NCBI GenBank assembly: GCA_964415385.1
Contig: CAYPZK010000002.1
Span: 46,320 to 110,319, forward strand
Direction of reading: 5' to 3'
Source: an uncultured Bacteroidaceae bacterium
GTDB taxonomy: Bacteria > Bacteroidota > Bacteroidia > Bacteroidales > Bacteroidaceae
Length of the DNA: 64,000 bases
Every line of letters starts with the position of its first letter. Within the stretch, counting starts at the first letter, position 1. Below are positions 10,170-19,679 of the stretch, one piece after another. The position numbers and the translations under genes were made by a program. The notes beneath the pieces were generated by a model that had not been told where the DNA came from, did no database searches, and was given only the letters and a program-made list of their open reading frames with translations.

Positions 10170-11198
10170 TCAGGAGGATTGTTTGTTGCCTCTGCGGGGG
10201 AAGAGGGGACGGAGGAGGGCGTAGAGGCGCTGGGCGCGGAGGAAGGGGGCGAAGGTGCGGAAGGGGTAGTACCAGGGCTTCAGCTTGAGGCGGAGGCTGA
10301 TGAGGGAGGCATCGATGGTGGGGAGCATGGCGGCGAAGCGGTGCCGGATGGCGGTCTGCTCGGAGGGCATGAACCGGCGGCGGTGGTGCTCGTAGTAGCG
10401 CCAGCAGGCGATGAGGTTGAGCCAGCGGTGGTTCTCGTAGAGACGGAGGATGGAGTCCCAGTCGAGGGTTTGGTTCCGGGGCAGGCGTGCCTCGGTCAGC
10501 AGTTGGTTCCGCATGCTCAGGTTCGCGTCCATATAGTCGAAGCGGAGGATGGAGCAGCGGTTGGTCATGGAGGCGGGGTGCTTGCGGTAGAAGTATTGTC
10601 CGTCGGAGAGGACGACGCGCCGGCTGTGAAGATAGTGGAGGCGGGTGGTGTTGTCGTCGCTGTAGAGGCGTGAGGAGTCGTCGAAGGGGTAGGCGTGGTG
10701 GATGGAAGCGCGGACGAGATAGAGCCCGTGGAGGCTCCAGTCGAGGCTGAGGCGGAAAGCTTCGGAGCCGCTCATGACGGGCCGTGTGCCCCGGCAGGGG
10801 TAGGGGACAGTGAGGCCGTTCCGGTCTTCGTAGAAGAGCATGAGCCGGAAGACGGCGCAGTCGGCCTGTGGGGTGCGCTGGATGGCTTCGAGGGCTTTCC
10901 CGATGGCATCGGGAGCCAGCCAGTCGTCGCTGTCCACCATGGTGATGAAGTCGCCGGTGGCGATTTTGAGTCCTTCGTTCCGTGCCTTGGCCTGCCCTTC
11001 GTTGACGGTTTTGTTGATGATGGTGATGCGCGGGTCGCGGGCGGCGTAGGTCTGGAGGATGCGGAGCGAGTCGTCTTGGGAGGCGTCGTTGATGCAGATG
11101 ATCTGGAGGTCTGGCATCGTCTGGCTGAGGAGGGAGTCGAGACAGGCGGGCAGATAGGGGGCGGCGTTATAGACGGCGGTGAGGATGGAGACTTTCAC
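10170..11198 (-). CDS. glycosyltransferase family 2
   Basis: GTG start at 11198 overlaps the upstream stop (GTGA). Sequence begins VKVSILTAVYNAAPYLPACLDSLLSQT, then INDASQDDS and VDSDDW (DxD). The ORF-track extension to 11504 is a shadow of the upstream gene. Confidence 0.85.
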   Translation of the reverse strand: MKVSILTAVYNAAPYLPACLDSLLSQTMPDLQIICINDASQDDSLRILQTYAARDPRITIINKTVNEGQAKARNEGLKIATGDFITMVDSDDWLAPDAIGKALEAIQRTPQADCAVFRLMLFYEDRNGLTVPYPCRGTRPVMSGSEAFRLSLDWSLHGLYLVRASIHHAYPFDDSSRLYSDDNTTRLHYLHSRRVVLSDGQYFYRKHPASMTNRCSILRFDYMDANLSMRNQLLTEARLPRNQTLDWDSILRLYENHRWLNLIACWRYYEHHRRRFMPSEQTAIRHRFAAMLPTIDASLISLRLKLKPWYYPFRTFAPFLRAQRLYALLRPLFPRRGNKQSS

Positions 11199-12769
11199 TG
11201 TTTTTTCTCTCTGTTGTGGAAGGGGTGGAAGGAGTGGACGGCTGCGCGTATCTTCTGCACGATGGCGGTCTCGCGGTTGAGGATGCGGAAGGAGATGCGG
11301 AGGGAGATGAGGAGCACGGCGGTGCCGAGGGTCCATTTCAGCAGGAGGCTGGTCTGGAGGGCACAGAAGACGGCCGTGGTGAGGAGCAGGAACTGGAGGG
11401 CATAGAATCTGAGGGGGCGGCGGTCGGCTCGGTAGCCGTAGCGGAAATGGTAGAGGAGGTAGATGACGAGCATGTTGAGCAGCCCGCCGGCGGAGAGGGC
11501 CCATCCGGCTCCTGTGAGCCCCCGGAGGTGGAAGGCGAGGGGGATGGCGCAGGCGATGAAGATGTCATAGATGAGCTCCGTGAGCATGTACATCTTCGAG
11601 TCGCCGCGGGCGAGGGGCAGATAGGCGACGGGCAGCGTGAGTGCCTTGAAGAACATGTAGTAGGTGGCGCAGATGGCCATCGGCGCTGCTACAAGGAACT
11701 TGTGGGAGTTGAGGAGGACGATGAAGAAGGGCATGGCCAGCGCGAAGAGGATGAGGCAGGGGGCGATGAGGAGCACGCAGACTTCGATTTGCCGGTTGAC
11801 GATGATGTTCTGCCGGCGGGGGTCGGAGCCGGCTGCGGAGAGGCGGGGAAAATAGTCGGCCTCGATGGCTCCGAACACCATCGAGGCATAGCTGACGGCC
11901 ATGGCGTAGCCGGTGTTGTAGAAGCCGACATCGGCCAGCTCGCCGAAGCGGAGAATCTGGGTGCGGATGATGTATTCGGCTCCCTGTCCGAAGATGCCGG
12001 CGATGATATAGGCTACGCCTAATCCCAGCATGGGAAGTCCGTCGCTGACGGCTCTGCGGATTCTGCGTGTCAGGTGCCAGGGGACGACTCGTGTGGAGAA
12101 CCGGAGCAGGATGAGCAGGAAGGCGAGGTTGGAGAGCAGGAGGGCGGGAACGATGCCCCGGATGCCGAGCCAGAGGTAGATGGGGGAGCAGATGATGAGG
12201 GTGGAGACGGCGCCGATGGCTGAAACCGTGGCTACCTTGCGCAACTGTTTCGTGCCTTTCAGGATGGCGAGCTCGCCGCCGCAGAGAGCCAGGATGCCCA
12301 CGATGGGGGAGAGCAGCATGAAAGTGGTGGTGTAGTCGGTGCTGCTGAAGGTCCACCGGCTGAGCCAGGGGGCGAGGACGAAGCAGACGATGGTGCCGAA
12401 GATGGCGGTGAGGAGGCTCCAGGTGCGGACGGCTCCGGCATATCGGGCCACACGGAGCCTGTCGCCCGTGGCCGCCAGCTCGGCCATGTATTTCACTGCG
12501 CTGAAGGAGATGCCGAAGTTGGTGGACTGCTCCACGAGCTGGACGGCGTTGTTGTAGATGCCGGCGAGGGCTACGCCGTTGGGACCGAGCAGGCAGACGG
12601 TGATTTTGTTCCGGATGAGATTGACGAGGAGCGTCAGCATCTGGATGCCGCCGAAGAGCCCTGTGTATTTCAGGGCATGGGTATATGTGGTGTCATCGTC
12701 TTTCGTGTCCGGCGCGACGCGGTTCCTGCCGGTCGTATTGCGTTCGTCTGACATGCTTTCCGCTCTCAT
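11195..12769 (-). CDS. oligosaccharide flippase (Wzx / MOP superfamily polysaccharide biosynthesis protein)
   Basis: 524 aa, multi-pass hydrophobic profile, translationally coupled to the GT2 gene. The start may be the internal Met at 12754. Confidence 0.75.
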   Translation of the reverse strand: MRAESMSDERNTTGRNRVAPDTKDDDTTYTHALKYTGLFGGIQMLTLLVNLIRNKITVCLLGPNGVALAGIYNNAVQLVEQSTNFGISFSAVKYMAELAATGDRLRVARYAGAVRTWSLLTAIFGTIVCFVLAPWLSRWTFSSTDYTTTFMLLSPIVGILALCGGELAILKGTKQLRKVATVSAIGAVSTLIICSPIYLWLGIRGIVPALLLSNLAFLLILLRFSTRVVPWHLTRRIRRAVSDGLPMLGLGVAYIIAGIFGQGAEYIIRTQILRFGELADVGFYNTGYAMAVSYASMVFGAIEADYFPRLSAAGSDPRRQNIIVNRQIEVCVLLIAPCLILFALAMPFFIVLLNSHKFLVAAPMAICATYYMFFKALTLPVAYLPLARGDSKMYMLTELIYDIFIACAIPLAFHLRGLTGAGWALSAGGLLNMLVIYLLYHFRYGYRADRRPLRFYALQFLLLTTAVFCALQTSLLLKWTLGTAVLLISLRISFRILNRETAIVQKIRAAVHSFHPFHNREKKQ

Positions 12770-12793
12770 GGACAGGTGGGGTGTAGGTGTGTG

Positions 12794-13387
12794 TTATTCC
12801 TCGCTGGTGGCCGTGCGGACGCGGCTCAGGGTTTCGGGGGTCATTTGCAGATAGGAGGCGACGATGTGGAGGGGCGTGCGCCGGATGATGTCGGGGTGGT
12901 CGTGGAGCGTGCGCACGTAGCGTTCGCGTGCAGTCTCGAAGCGGAGCGTGTCTGCCTTGACTTGGGAGATGATGAGCGACTCCTTGAGGATGTTCATCAG
13001 GAAGGCGCAGTATTCGTAGGAGGTGTGCGTCAGTGTGCAGAAGTCGTCGTAGGGGATGGCGTAGAGCAGGGAGGGCTCGAGCGTCTCGGCCATGAGCTTC
13101 GACGGCTCGTGCTTGAAGAGGCTTTCGATGCAGATGATCATGCTGCCTTCGTAGCCGATGTGCTCGGTCAGTTCCTTTCCGTTCTTGGTGTAGTACTGCC
13201 GCACCAATCCTTTATCAACGTAGTAGATGTACTTGCAGATTTCTCCCTCGCTGACGAATTGCACGCCCTTGGCCATTTTCTGCGGAACGAGCAGCTCGGT
13301 CAGATGGTCGAGTCCCTGCTGGCTGAGCACGCTGTAGCGGCGTGCCAGTGTGCGTGCGATGTCGCGTCGTTGGTCTATAGTTGCCAT
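12794..13387 (-). CDS. Crp/Fnr-family transcriptional regulator
   Basis: 197 aa with an N-terminal cNMP-binding-like beta-barrel and a C-terminal HTH (IVASYLQMTPETLSRVR). Confidence 0.8.
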   Translation of the reverse strand: MATIDQRRDIARTLARRYSVLSQQGLDHLTELLVPQKMAKGVQFVSEGEICKYIYYVDKGLVRQYYTKNGKELTEHIGYEGSMIICIESLFKHEPSKLMAETLEPSLLYAIPYDDFCTLTHTSYEYCAFLMNILKESLIISQVKADTLRFETARERYVRTLHDHPDIIRRTPLHIVASYLQMTPETLSRVRTATSEE

Positions 13388-13440
13388 TGCTTCAGAACTT
13401 TTTGATGGATGTAGGGGAAAGTATTCACGTCACGTGTGGT

Positions 13441-14112
13441 TCAGGTGGTGTAGGTGCGCTCGCCGAAAATCTTCGTCCCGACTCTCACGATGGTGGCTCC
13501 CTCTTCCACGGCCACGGGATAGTCGTGGCTCATGCCCATCGACAGTTCGCAGAACGTGTCCTGTCCGGCGAAGAAGGTTGTCTGCACCTGCCGGAACAGG
13601 TCGTGGACGCTGCGGAACTCACGGCGGACTTCCGACAGGTCGTCCGTGTTGGTCGCCATGCACATGAGGCCGCTGGGCCGCACGTGCCGGAGCCCGCGCC
13701 AGGAGCCTTCGCCGAGCATGGCGAGCAACTCGTCGGGGGTGAAGCCGAATTTGGTTTCCTCGCGGGCGATGTGGACTTGGAGCAGACAGGGAATCGTGCG
13801 TCCGGCCTTGGCGGCCTGCTTGTCGATTTCGCGCAGCAGCTTCAGTGTGTCCACGGACTGGATGAGCGACACGAAGGGGGCGATGTATTTCACCTTATTG
13901 GTCTGGAGGTGGCCGATGAAGTGCCACTCCGTGTCGGCGGGCATCTGGGGCTGTTTCATGACCATCTCCTGCACGTGGTTTTCTCCGAACAGCCGCTGTC
14001 CCGCATCGTAGGCCTCGCGCAGCGCCTCCACGGGATGGTATTTCGACACGGCCACCAGCCGGACATTTCCGGGCAGGGTGGAGCGCACGGCTGCCAGACG
14101 CTCGCGGATCAT
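13441..14112 (-). CDS. YggS-family pyridoxal-phosphate homeostasis protein
   Basis: 223 aa with VAVSKYHP (PLP lysine), HFIGHLQTNKV and SMGMSHDY. Confidence 0.9.
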   Translation of the reverse strand: MIRERLAAVRSTLPGNVRLVAVSKYHPVEALREAYDAGQRLFGENHVQEMVMKQPQMPADTEWHFIGHLQTNKVKYIAPFVSLIQSVDTLKLLREIDKQAAKAGRTIPCLLQVHIAREETKFGFTPDELLAMLGEGSWRGLRHVRPSGLMCMATNTDDLSEVRREFRSVHDLFRQVQTTFFAGQDTFCELSMGMSHDYPVAVEEGATIVRVGTKIFGERTYTT

Positions 14113-14585
14113 ACGCGGGCCTCCTGCTGTCCGGTCTTGTCGTCGCCGGTGCCGAACGGGAACACGTCCAGGATGTTGGTTTCCTGCACCGTGTTGATTT
14201 CGTAGTCGGCCATCGAGCCTTTCATGCCTTCCACAAAGCGGTCAACGGCATCGCGGAAATCGGCTGCCTGCACCAGGATGAGACTGGCGGTTTTCTTTTC
14301 TGCCTGCGACTTCTCGTCAAGGGTGATGAACATGCATTTCACCTTATACCATTTGTCGGCGTTCTCTGCGTCGGACGTGAACATCTCGGCGTATTTCACC
14401 CGTTTGATGTCCGTCACCACCAGCTCGCCGTTGCAGTAGGGAGTGATTTCCTTGATGATGCGCGCCTCGGCCTCGGTGAAGTTCAGGGCATCCACGAGAT
14501 AGGGTTCCACGACTTTCTTGATTTTCCCGTCTTCGAGTGTCTTTTCGGTTTTCACCTTGCACTCGAACCAATTGTTCATAATCAT
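14109..14585 (-). CDS. DUF4494 domain-containing protein
   Basis: ORF 14109..14621. The start was moved to Met-13 (MIMNNWFECKV...) because a TAACTTTG -7 box at 14619-14626 overlaps the longer start. ATGA overlap with the yggS-like gene. Confidence 0.65.
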   Translation of the reverse strand: MIMNNWFECKVKTEKTLEDGKIKKVVEPYLVDALNFTEAEARIIKEITPYCNGELVVTDIKRVKYAEMFTSDAENADKWYKVKCMFITLDEKSQAEKKTASLILVQAADFRDAVDRFVEGMKGSMADYEINTVQETNILDVFPFGTGDDKTGQQEARV

Positions 14586-14618
14586 GATGCTGTGTGTGCT
14601 TTCGTTGCTAATGTTGCG

Positions 14619-14626
14619 CAAAGTTA
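14619..14626 (-). promoter_or_regulatory. -7 promoter box TAACTTTG (minus strand)
   Basis: Reverse complement of CAAAGTTA, just upstream of the DUF4494 gene. Confidence 0.45.
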
Positions 14627-14722
14627 CGAAAAAATTGATTTATGACAATTCTTCGGACTGAAAACTCTCCATAAAAAAACAGCTGTGCGGTGGAAAGCTT
14701 CCGTCTGTGCGGGGAGGAATGG

Positions 14723-15943
14723 TCAATCCATGCGCTGGGTGCAGAGATAGTATTTCTTGATTTTCTTGGAGAGTGTCTCGATGTTCAGCATGTCGGATTC
14801 CTGTGCCACGTCGCGGATGGTGCCGTCTTTCGCGAGGATTTCGATGTTGTCGTCGTAGATGTTGTACATGTCCTTGCCGACTTCTTTGAGTGCCATGAGA
14901 TAGGAGGCGTCTTCGCGGCTGACGGCGAAGTGGCTGGCAAGGGCGGCGCGTTTCTCCTCTATATAGTCGGGCGTGAAGGGGTCTTCGCTGACTTCGACGC
15001 GGAAGATGTGGCGGTTGATGAAGTCGTTGCTGAGCAGGGCGAGGATTTTGTCGCTGTGGTGCTGCCAGACACTGAGGGCGCAGATGATGTCGTTGTCGTC
15101 GAGGTCGAGATAGTGATGGAGGCAGTCGGCATCGGCATAGAAGCGGTCGGGGCCGATGTCTTGGGTCAGGAAGAAGTGGAGGGCAGGGCTGGCGAAGAGA
15201 CTCACGCCATTGGCGGCCAGATACTTGGCGCGCCGGAGGGCGTTGATGAGTACGTGCTCGGCGGCCACGGCTGTCTTGTGGAGATAGACTTGCCAGTACA
15301 TGAGCCGCCGGCTGACTAAATAGTTCTCGATGGAGTAGATGCCTTTTTTCTCGACGACGAGATGGTCGTCCACCACGTTGAGCATCTCGATGATGCGTGC
15401 GCTGCCGATGTTGCCCTCGGTCACTCCCGTGAAAAAGGAATCGCGCCGAAGGTAGTCGAGGCGGTCCACGTCGAGCTGCGAGGAGATGAGCTGGTGGAGG
15501 AATTGCTTACCGTAGTCGCCCTGAAAGATTTTGATGGCCAGCGTGAGCTGTCCGCGAAACTCCTCGTTCATCTGCTGCATGATGAGCAGTGAAATCTGCT
15601 CGTGGCTGACGCCGCTGATCAGGGTGTTCTCAAGGACGTGGCTGAAGGGGCCGTGGCCGATGTCGTGCAGGAGGATGGCGGCGAGCACGGCTTCTTCTTC
15701 GGAGTCGAAGATGAAGTTGCCTTTGCGGATGAGGGAGCGCGTGGCGAGCGTCATGAGGTGGAAGGCTCCGAGGCTGTGCTGGAAGCGTGTGTGCTGTGCG
15801 CCGGGATAGACCACGCTGGCCAGTCCGAGCTGTTTGATGCGGCTCAAACGGTAGAAGGCGGGATGGCATACGATGTCGTAGAGCAGTCCCTTGGGAATGC
15901 GGATGAAGCCGAAAACGGGGTCGCTGATGATTTTGGAGTCCAC
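14723..15943 (-). CDS. HD domain-containing phosphohydrolase (dGTPase-like)
   Basis: 406 aa with RFQHSLGAFHL and LLHDIGHGPFSH (HD motif). Confidence 0.85.
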   Translation of the reverse strand: MDSKIISDPVFGFIRIPKGLLYDIVCHPAFYRLSRIKQLGLASVVYPGAQHTRFQHSLGAFHLMTLATRSLIRKGNFIFDSEEEAVLAAILLHDIGHGPFSHVLENTLISGVSHEQISLLIMQQMNEEFRGQLTLAIKIFQGDYGKQFLHQLISSQLDVDRLDYLRRDSFFTGVTEGNIGSARIIEMLNVVDDHLVVEKKGIYSIENYLVSRRLMYWQVYLHKTAVAAEHVLINALRRAKYLAANGVSLFASPALHFFLTQDIGPDRFYADADCLHHYLDLDDNDIICALSVWQHHSDKILALLSNDFINRHIFRVEVSEDPFTPDYIEEKRAALASHFAVSREDASYLMALKEVGKDMYNIYDDNIEILAKDGTIRDVAQESDMLNIETLSKKIKKYYLCTQRMD

Positions 15944-15986
15944 GGATTGTGAGAAGAGAGGAGAGAAAGAGGGAGAGGGTGTATGT

Positions 15987-16859
15987 TTATCTGATGCTCG
16001 TCAGCTCGCCGGCCATCTGCTGCTGGAGCTCATGTGCTTGCTGTGCCGCGGCTTCGGCGAAGTCAGCCTCGGAGGAGGCGAAGATGATGCCTCGGGAGGA
16101 ATTGACGAGCAGACCGCATTCGGCTGTCATGCCGTAGCGGCAGACTTCGGCGAGGCTGCCTCCCTGTGCGCCGACACCGGGCACGAGGAGAAAGTGATGG
16201 GGCACGATGCGGCGGACATCCTGGAAGAGCTCGCCGCGGGTGGCGCCGACAACGTACATCATATTGTCCGCATTGCCCCACTCCTGGCTCTTCCGGAGCA
16301 CTTTCTCGAAGAGCCGTTCGCCGTTTTTGTCTTCCGTGAGCTGGAAGTCAAGACTGCCCTTGTTGGATGTGAGGGCGAGCAGAGTGACCCATTTGCCCGG
16401 ATATTGGAGAAAGGGTGTGACGGAGTCCTCGCCCATGTAGGGTGCTACGGTGAGCGAGTCCACGCCGTATTGCTGGAAGAAGGTGCGTGCGTAGAGGCTA
16501 CTGGTGTTGCCGATGTCGCCACGTTTGGCATCGGCGATGATGAAGTGTCCGGGGTAGTGCCGGCGGATGTAGCTGACGGTCTGTTCGAAGGCCGCGATGC
16601 CGTTCGCTCCCTGCTCTTCGTAGAAAGCGAGGTTGGGCTTGTAGGCCACGCAATAAGGGGCGGTGGCATCGATGATACGCCGGTTGAAGGCCGTCATCAG
16701 GAGCAGGTTGATGTTGTTGGGGCTGATGCCCTCTCTGTCGGCCTTATGAGTGATTTCGTCGGTGAGTGACTGCGGTATTTTCTGGATGTCGGTGTCGAGG
16801 CCGACGCACAGGAAGCTCCGTTTCTTGAAGATTTGCTGTATAAGTTCTTGTCGTGTCAT
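15987..16859 (-). CDS. pyrF: orotidine-5'-phosphate decarboxylase (type 2)
   Basis: [22 protein letters not shown]..., [15 protein letters not shown] at 16859 overlaps the stop of the upstream endonuclease gene (ATGA). Confidence 0.9.
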   Translation of the reverse strand: MTRQELIQQIFKKRSFLCVGLDTDIQKIPQSLTDEITHKADREGISPNNINLLLMTAFNRRIIDATAPYCVAYKPNLAFYEEQGANGIAAFEQTVSYIRRHYPGHFIIADAKRGDIGNTSSLYARTFFQQYGVDSLTVAPYMGEDSVTPFLQYPGKWVTLLALTSNKGSLDFQLTEDKNGERLFEKVLRKSQEWGNADNMMYVVGATRGELFQDVRRIVPHHFLLVPGVGAQGGSLAEVCRYGMTAECGLLVNSSRGIIFASSEADFAEAAAQQAHELQQQMAGELTSIR

Positions 16860-17503
16860 TTTGTTTTCCAAAATTTTTCTATGTCGTCAAACCATTGTTT
16901 CCGTTTACCTATCTTGCTGATTTCATTATCGTAGAAATTCTGAAGTTGTTCGCAGAGCTGTAGCATCCATTCTTTTCTGTTGATGACAGGGCTGAATATG
17001 AGGTTGTTCGCATTGGCGATTTGTATTTGCCCCCATCCCAGTGCGCCGATGGTCAGGCAATCCCAGTCAAAGGCTTCGATGGGCTTGAAATGACATTGTG
17101 TGTAAATGATTTTCTGTGCTTTTACTTCGTATTCAACGACTAAGATGCAAAATACGTTGGAATCGTTTTTGTAGAAGTTGGTTAGCCGTTGCACCGAAAT
17201 CAGGTTTGGCATGTTGAAGTCCGTGTTGAGGTTGTGGGTCTTACAATCGACAGCGTAATATCGGTTCTGGACATCGTGGAAGGCCATGTCTTCCATCGAC
17301 CGTCGCGTAAATCCGTTTCTGAAATCCTTTAGTTTGTCGTACGGGATGCATTGCTGTATCCCATTCTTCTCGCTGAGAAATTCTTGGACAGCATCTCCGA
17401 TGGCGCGTGGAGAGTTCAGCAATTCTCCTTTGACGATTTCTTGTCCATCCTGATTAAGGAGCTGTAGCACGTTTTTGGCGGTTTCACTTAACAAGTGTTC
17501 CAT
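16856..17503 (-). CDS. putative type II restriction endonuclease (PD-(D/E)xK-like, specificity unknown)
   Basis: Internal ATG at 17503 ([11 protein letters not shown]...). It lies 11 nt after the methyltransferase stop. D...EYEVK pattern (AVDCKTH...VVEYEVK). Low-GC region. Confidence 0.6.
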   Translation of the reverse strand: MEHLLSETAKNVLQLLNQDGQEIVKGELLNSPRAIGDAVQEFLSEKNGIQQCIPYDKLKDFRNGFTRRSMEDMAFHDVQNRYYAVDCKTHNLNTDFNMPNLISVQRLTNFYKNDSNVFCILVVEYEVKAQKIIYTQCHFKPIEAFDWDCLTIGALGWGQIQIANANNLIFSPVINRKEWMLQLCEQLQNFYDNEISKIGKRKQWFDDIEKFWKTK

Positions 17504-17514
17504 GTTTTGGAGAT

Positions 17515-18522
17515 TTAGAAAAGGGTCATTTGCTTCGATGGTCTTTCGACTATGTGGCGTGTCTGGGATGCTTTGATTCTGACTCTTTGCTGTCCAGCTG
17601 TATTGCGCTCCCAAAAGACACCGTTGGAATACCCTTGAATCGTAGAATCTCTCAATGCCATATCCAGGCGTTTTTCTGCCCAGCAACAATATTCAGCATT
17701 GATTTCCACGCCACAATATTGTCTGTTAAGTTTTCGGGCAACAACGCTTGTGGTTCCGCTGCCGAGAAAAGGGTCGAAGACCATATCCCCTTCTTTTGAA
17801 GATGCCAGAATGAGCTTGGCTATCAGCTTCTCCGGCTTCTGCGTGGGGTGGTCGGTGTTTTCTGGCATGGACCAGAACGGCACGCTGATGTCATCCCAGA
17901 AATTGGAGGGGCAGGTGGTTCGGTAGTTTCCCTGGGCGGTTTCCTCCCAGTCCTTGGGCTTACCGTCTGTCCGGTAGGGGGCGATGACCCTGCGTCTGAT
18001 TTTCACAGCTTCAATATTGAAGTAATAGTCCTTAGGGTCGTTCACTGCGAACCAGATGTCCTCCATGTTGTTTTTCCAGTTGGATTTCGCGCCTCTTCCT
18101 TTTTCTCTTTGCCATGTGATGCGGTTCATGATGTGGAGGTATTGAGATAAGACCTGCTGCATGGCTGCAGTGCATCGCCAGTCCGCGCAGAGATACAATG
18201 AGCCGTCCGGCTTCAGCTTCTGGATGACCTGTGGCAGCCATTGATTGAGATACTCCACATATTGTCCGTATGTCTTCGCCGTAAATTTATTTCCATGAAA
18301 ATCTTTGGTGAGATTGTAGGGAGGGTCAATGATGATTAAATCGGCAAAGTGGTTCGGAAGATATGGGAGTGTTGAGAGGAGGTCGTCATTGATGGTACGG
18401 TTCACGTAGGAAGCGTTGTAGAGTTTCAACGCCTTGCTGGTTATCAGACGTTGACTATAGATGTTTTTTTCCTCCGTGCTGAGGCTTAATGTTCTGTTTC
18501 TGGGTGCTCTTTCAGCGGTCAT
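17515..18522 (-). CDS. site-specific DNA methyltransferase, beta class (DPPY, so probably N6-adenine)
   Basis: 335 aa with motif IV IIIDPPYN preceding motif I FDPFLGSGTT (beta-class order). Low GC. Confidence 0.85.
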   Translation of the reverse strand: MTAERAPRNRTLSLSTEEKNIYSQRLITSKALKLYNASYVNRTINDDLLSTLPYLPNHFADLIIIDPPYNLTKDFHGNKFTAKTYGQYVEYLNQWLPQVIQKLKPDGSLYLCADWRCTAAMQQVLSQYLHIMNRITWQREKGRGAKSNWKNNMEDIWFAVNDPKDYYFNIEAVKIRRRVIAPYRTDGKPKDWEETAQGNYRTTCPSNFWDDISVPFWSMPENTDHPTQKPEKLIAKLILASSKEGDMVFDPFLGSGTTSVVARKLNRQYCGVEINAEYCCWAEKRLDMALRDSTIQGYSNGVFWERNTAGQQRVRIKASQTRHIVERPSKQMTLF

Positions 18523-18533
18523 TGTCGTTGTCC

Positions 18534-19643
18534 TTATAGTTCTGCTGCTTTCAGTTTCTCAGCGTTTTCGGCCACGATGAGGTGGTCGATGCAGTCTTGG
18601 ATGTCGCCGTCCAGGAAGGCCGCGAGGTTGTGGATGGTGTAGTTGATGCGATGGTCCGTCACCCGTCCCTGCGGGTAGTTGTAGGTGCGGATTTTGGCGG
18701 AGCGGTCGCCGGTCGAGACCATTGTCTTCCGTCGCGACGCAATGTTGTCGATGTATTTCTGATGCTCGCGGTCGTAGATACGCGTGCGCAGGCGTGCGAG
18801 CGCACGCTCCTTATTTTTCGGCTGGTCGCGCGTCTCCGTGCATTCCACGAGGATTTCCTCCTTTTCGCCCGTGTCGGGGTCGGTCCACAGGTAGCGGGCG
18901 CGCACACCCGATTCCACCTTGTTCACGTTCTGTCCGCCGGCACCCGACGAGCGGAATGTGTCCCATTTGATTTCGTTCTCGTTGATTTGCACGTCGAAGG
19001 GTTCGGCTTCGGGCAGTACGGCCACAGTGGCTGCCGAGGTGTGGATGCGCCCTTGGGTTTCGGTGGCGGGCACGCGTTGCACGCGGTGTACGCCCGATTC
19101 GTATTTCAGTGTGCCGAAGACATTCTCGCCCGTCACGTTGAAGATGATTTCCTTGTAGCCTCCGGCCGCTCCCTCGCTGAAGGAAGAGACGCTCACGTGC
19201 CATCCCTTCGTCTCGCAGTATTTGGAGTACATGCGGAAGAGGTCGCCGGCGAAGAGTGCTGCCTCGTCGCCCCCCGTGCCGCTCCGGATTTCCATGACCA
19301 CGTTCTTGCCGTCTTCGGGGTCGGCGGGGATGAGGAGGAGCTTGATCCGCTCTTCGAGCGCGGGCAGCAGTCTCTCGTTCGCGTCGATTTCCTCGCGGGC
19401 CATGTCTTTCATCTCGGGGTCGTCCTCGTGGGCGAGCACCTGCCTTGCCTCTTCGAGATGCGCCCGGCAGTCGATATATTCCTGCCGTGCCCCGACGAGG
19501 CTCTCCAAGTCTTTGTATTCCTTCGTGAGCCTCACGTAGCGTTTCTGGTCGGCGATGACGCTGGGGTCGGTGATGAACGTGGACACCTCCTCGAAGCGGC
19601 TCACGATGCCGTCCAGCTTGTCCAGGATGTTGTTGCTTGCCAT
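18534..19643 (-). CDS. prfA: peptide chain release factor 1
   Basis: 369 aa with the GGQ motif (SGAGGQNVNK) and the RF1-type P-A-T tripeptide (RVPATETQGR). Confidence 0.93.
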   Translation of the reverse strand: MASNNILDKLDGIVSRFEEVSTFITDPSVIADQKRYVRLTKEYKDLESLVGARQEYIDCRAHLEEARQVLAHEDDPEMKDMAREEIDANERLLPALEERIKLLLIPADPEDGKNVVMEIRSGTGGDEAALFAGDLFRMYSKYCETKGWHVSVSSFSEGAAGGYKEIIFNVTGENVFGTLKYESGVHRVQRVPATETQGRIHTSAATVAVLPEAEPFDVQINENEIKWDTFRSSGAGGQNVNKVESGVRARYLWTDPDTGEKEEILVECTETRDQPKNKERALARLRTRIYDREHQKYIDNIASRRKTMVSTGDRSAKIRTYNYPQGRVTDHRINYTIHNLAAFLDGDIQDCIDHLIVAENAEKLKAAEL

Positions 19644-19679
19644 GATGGGATATGGGGAGAAAAAGCGATGGGAGAGCGG

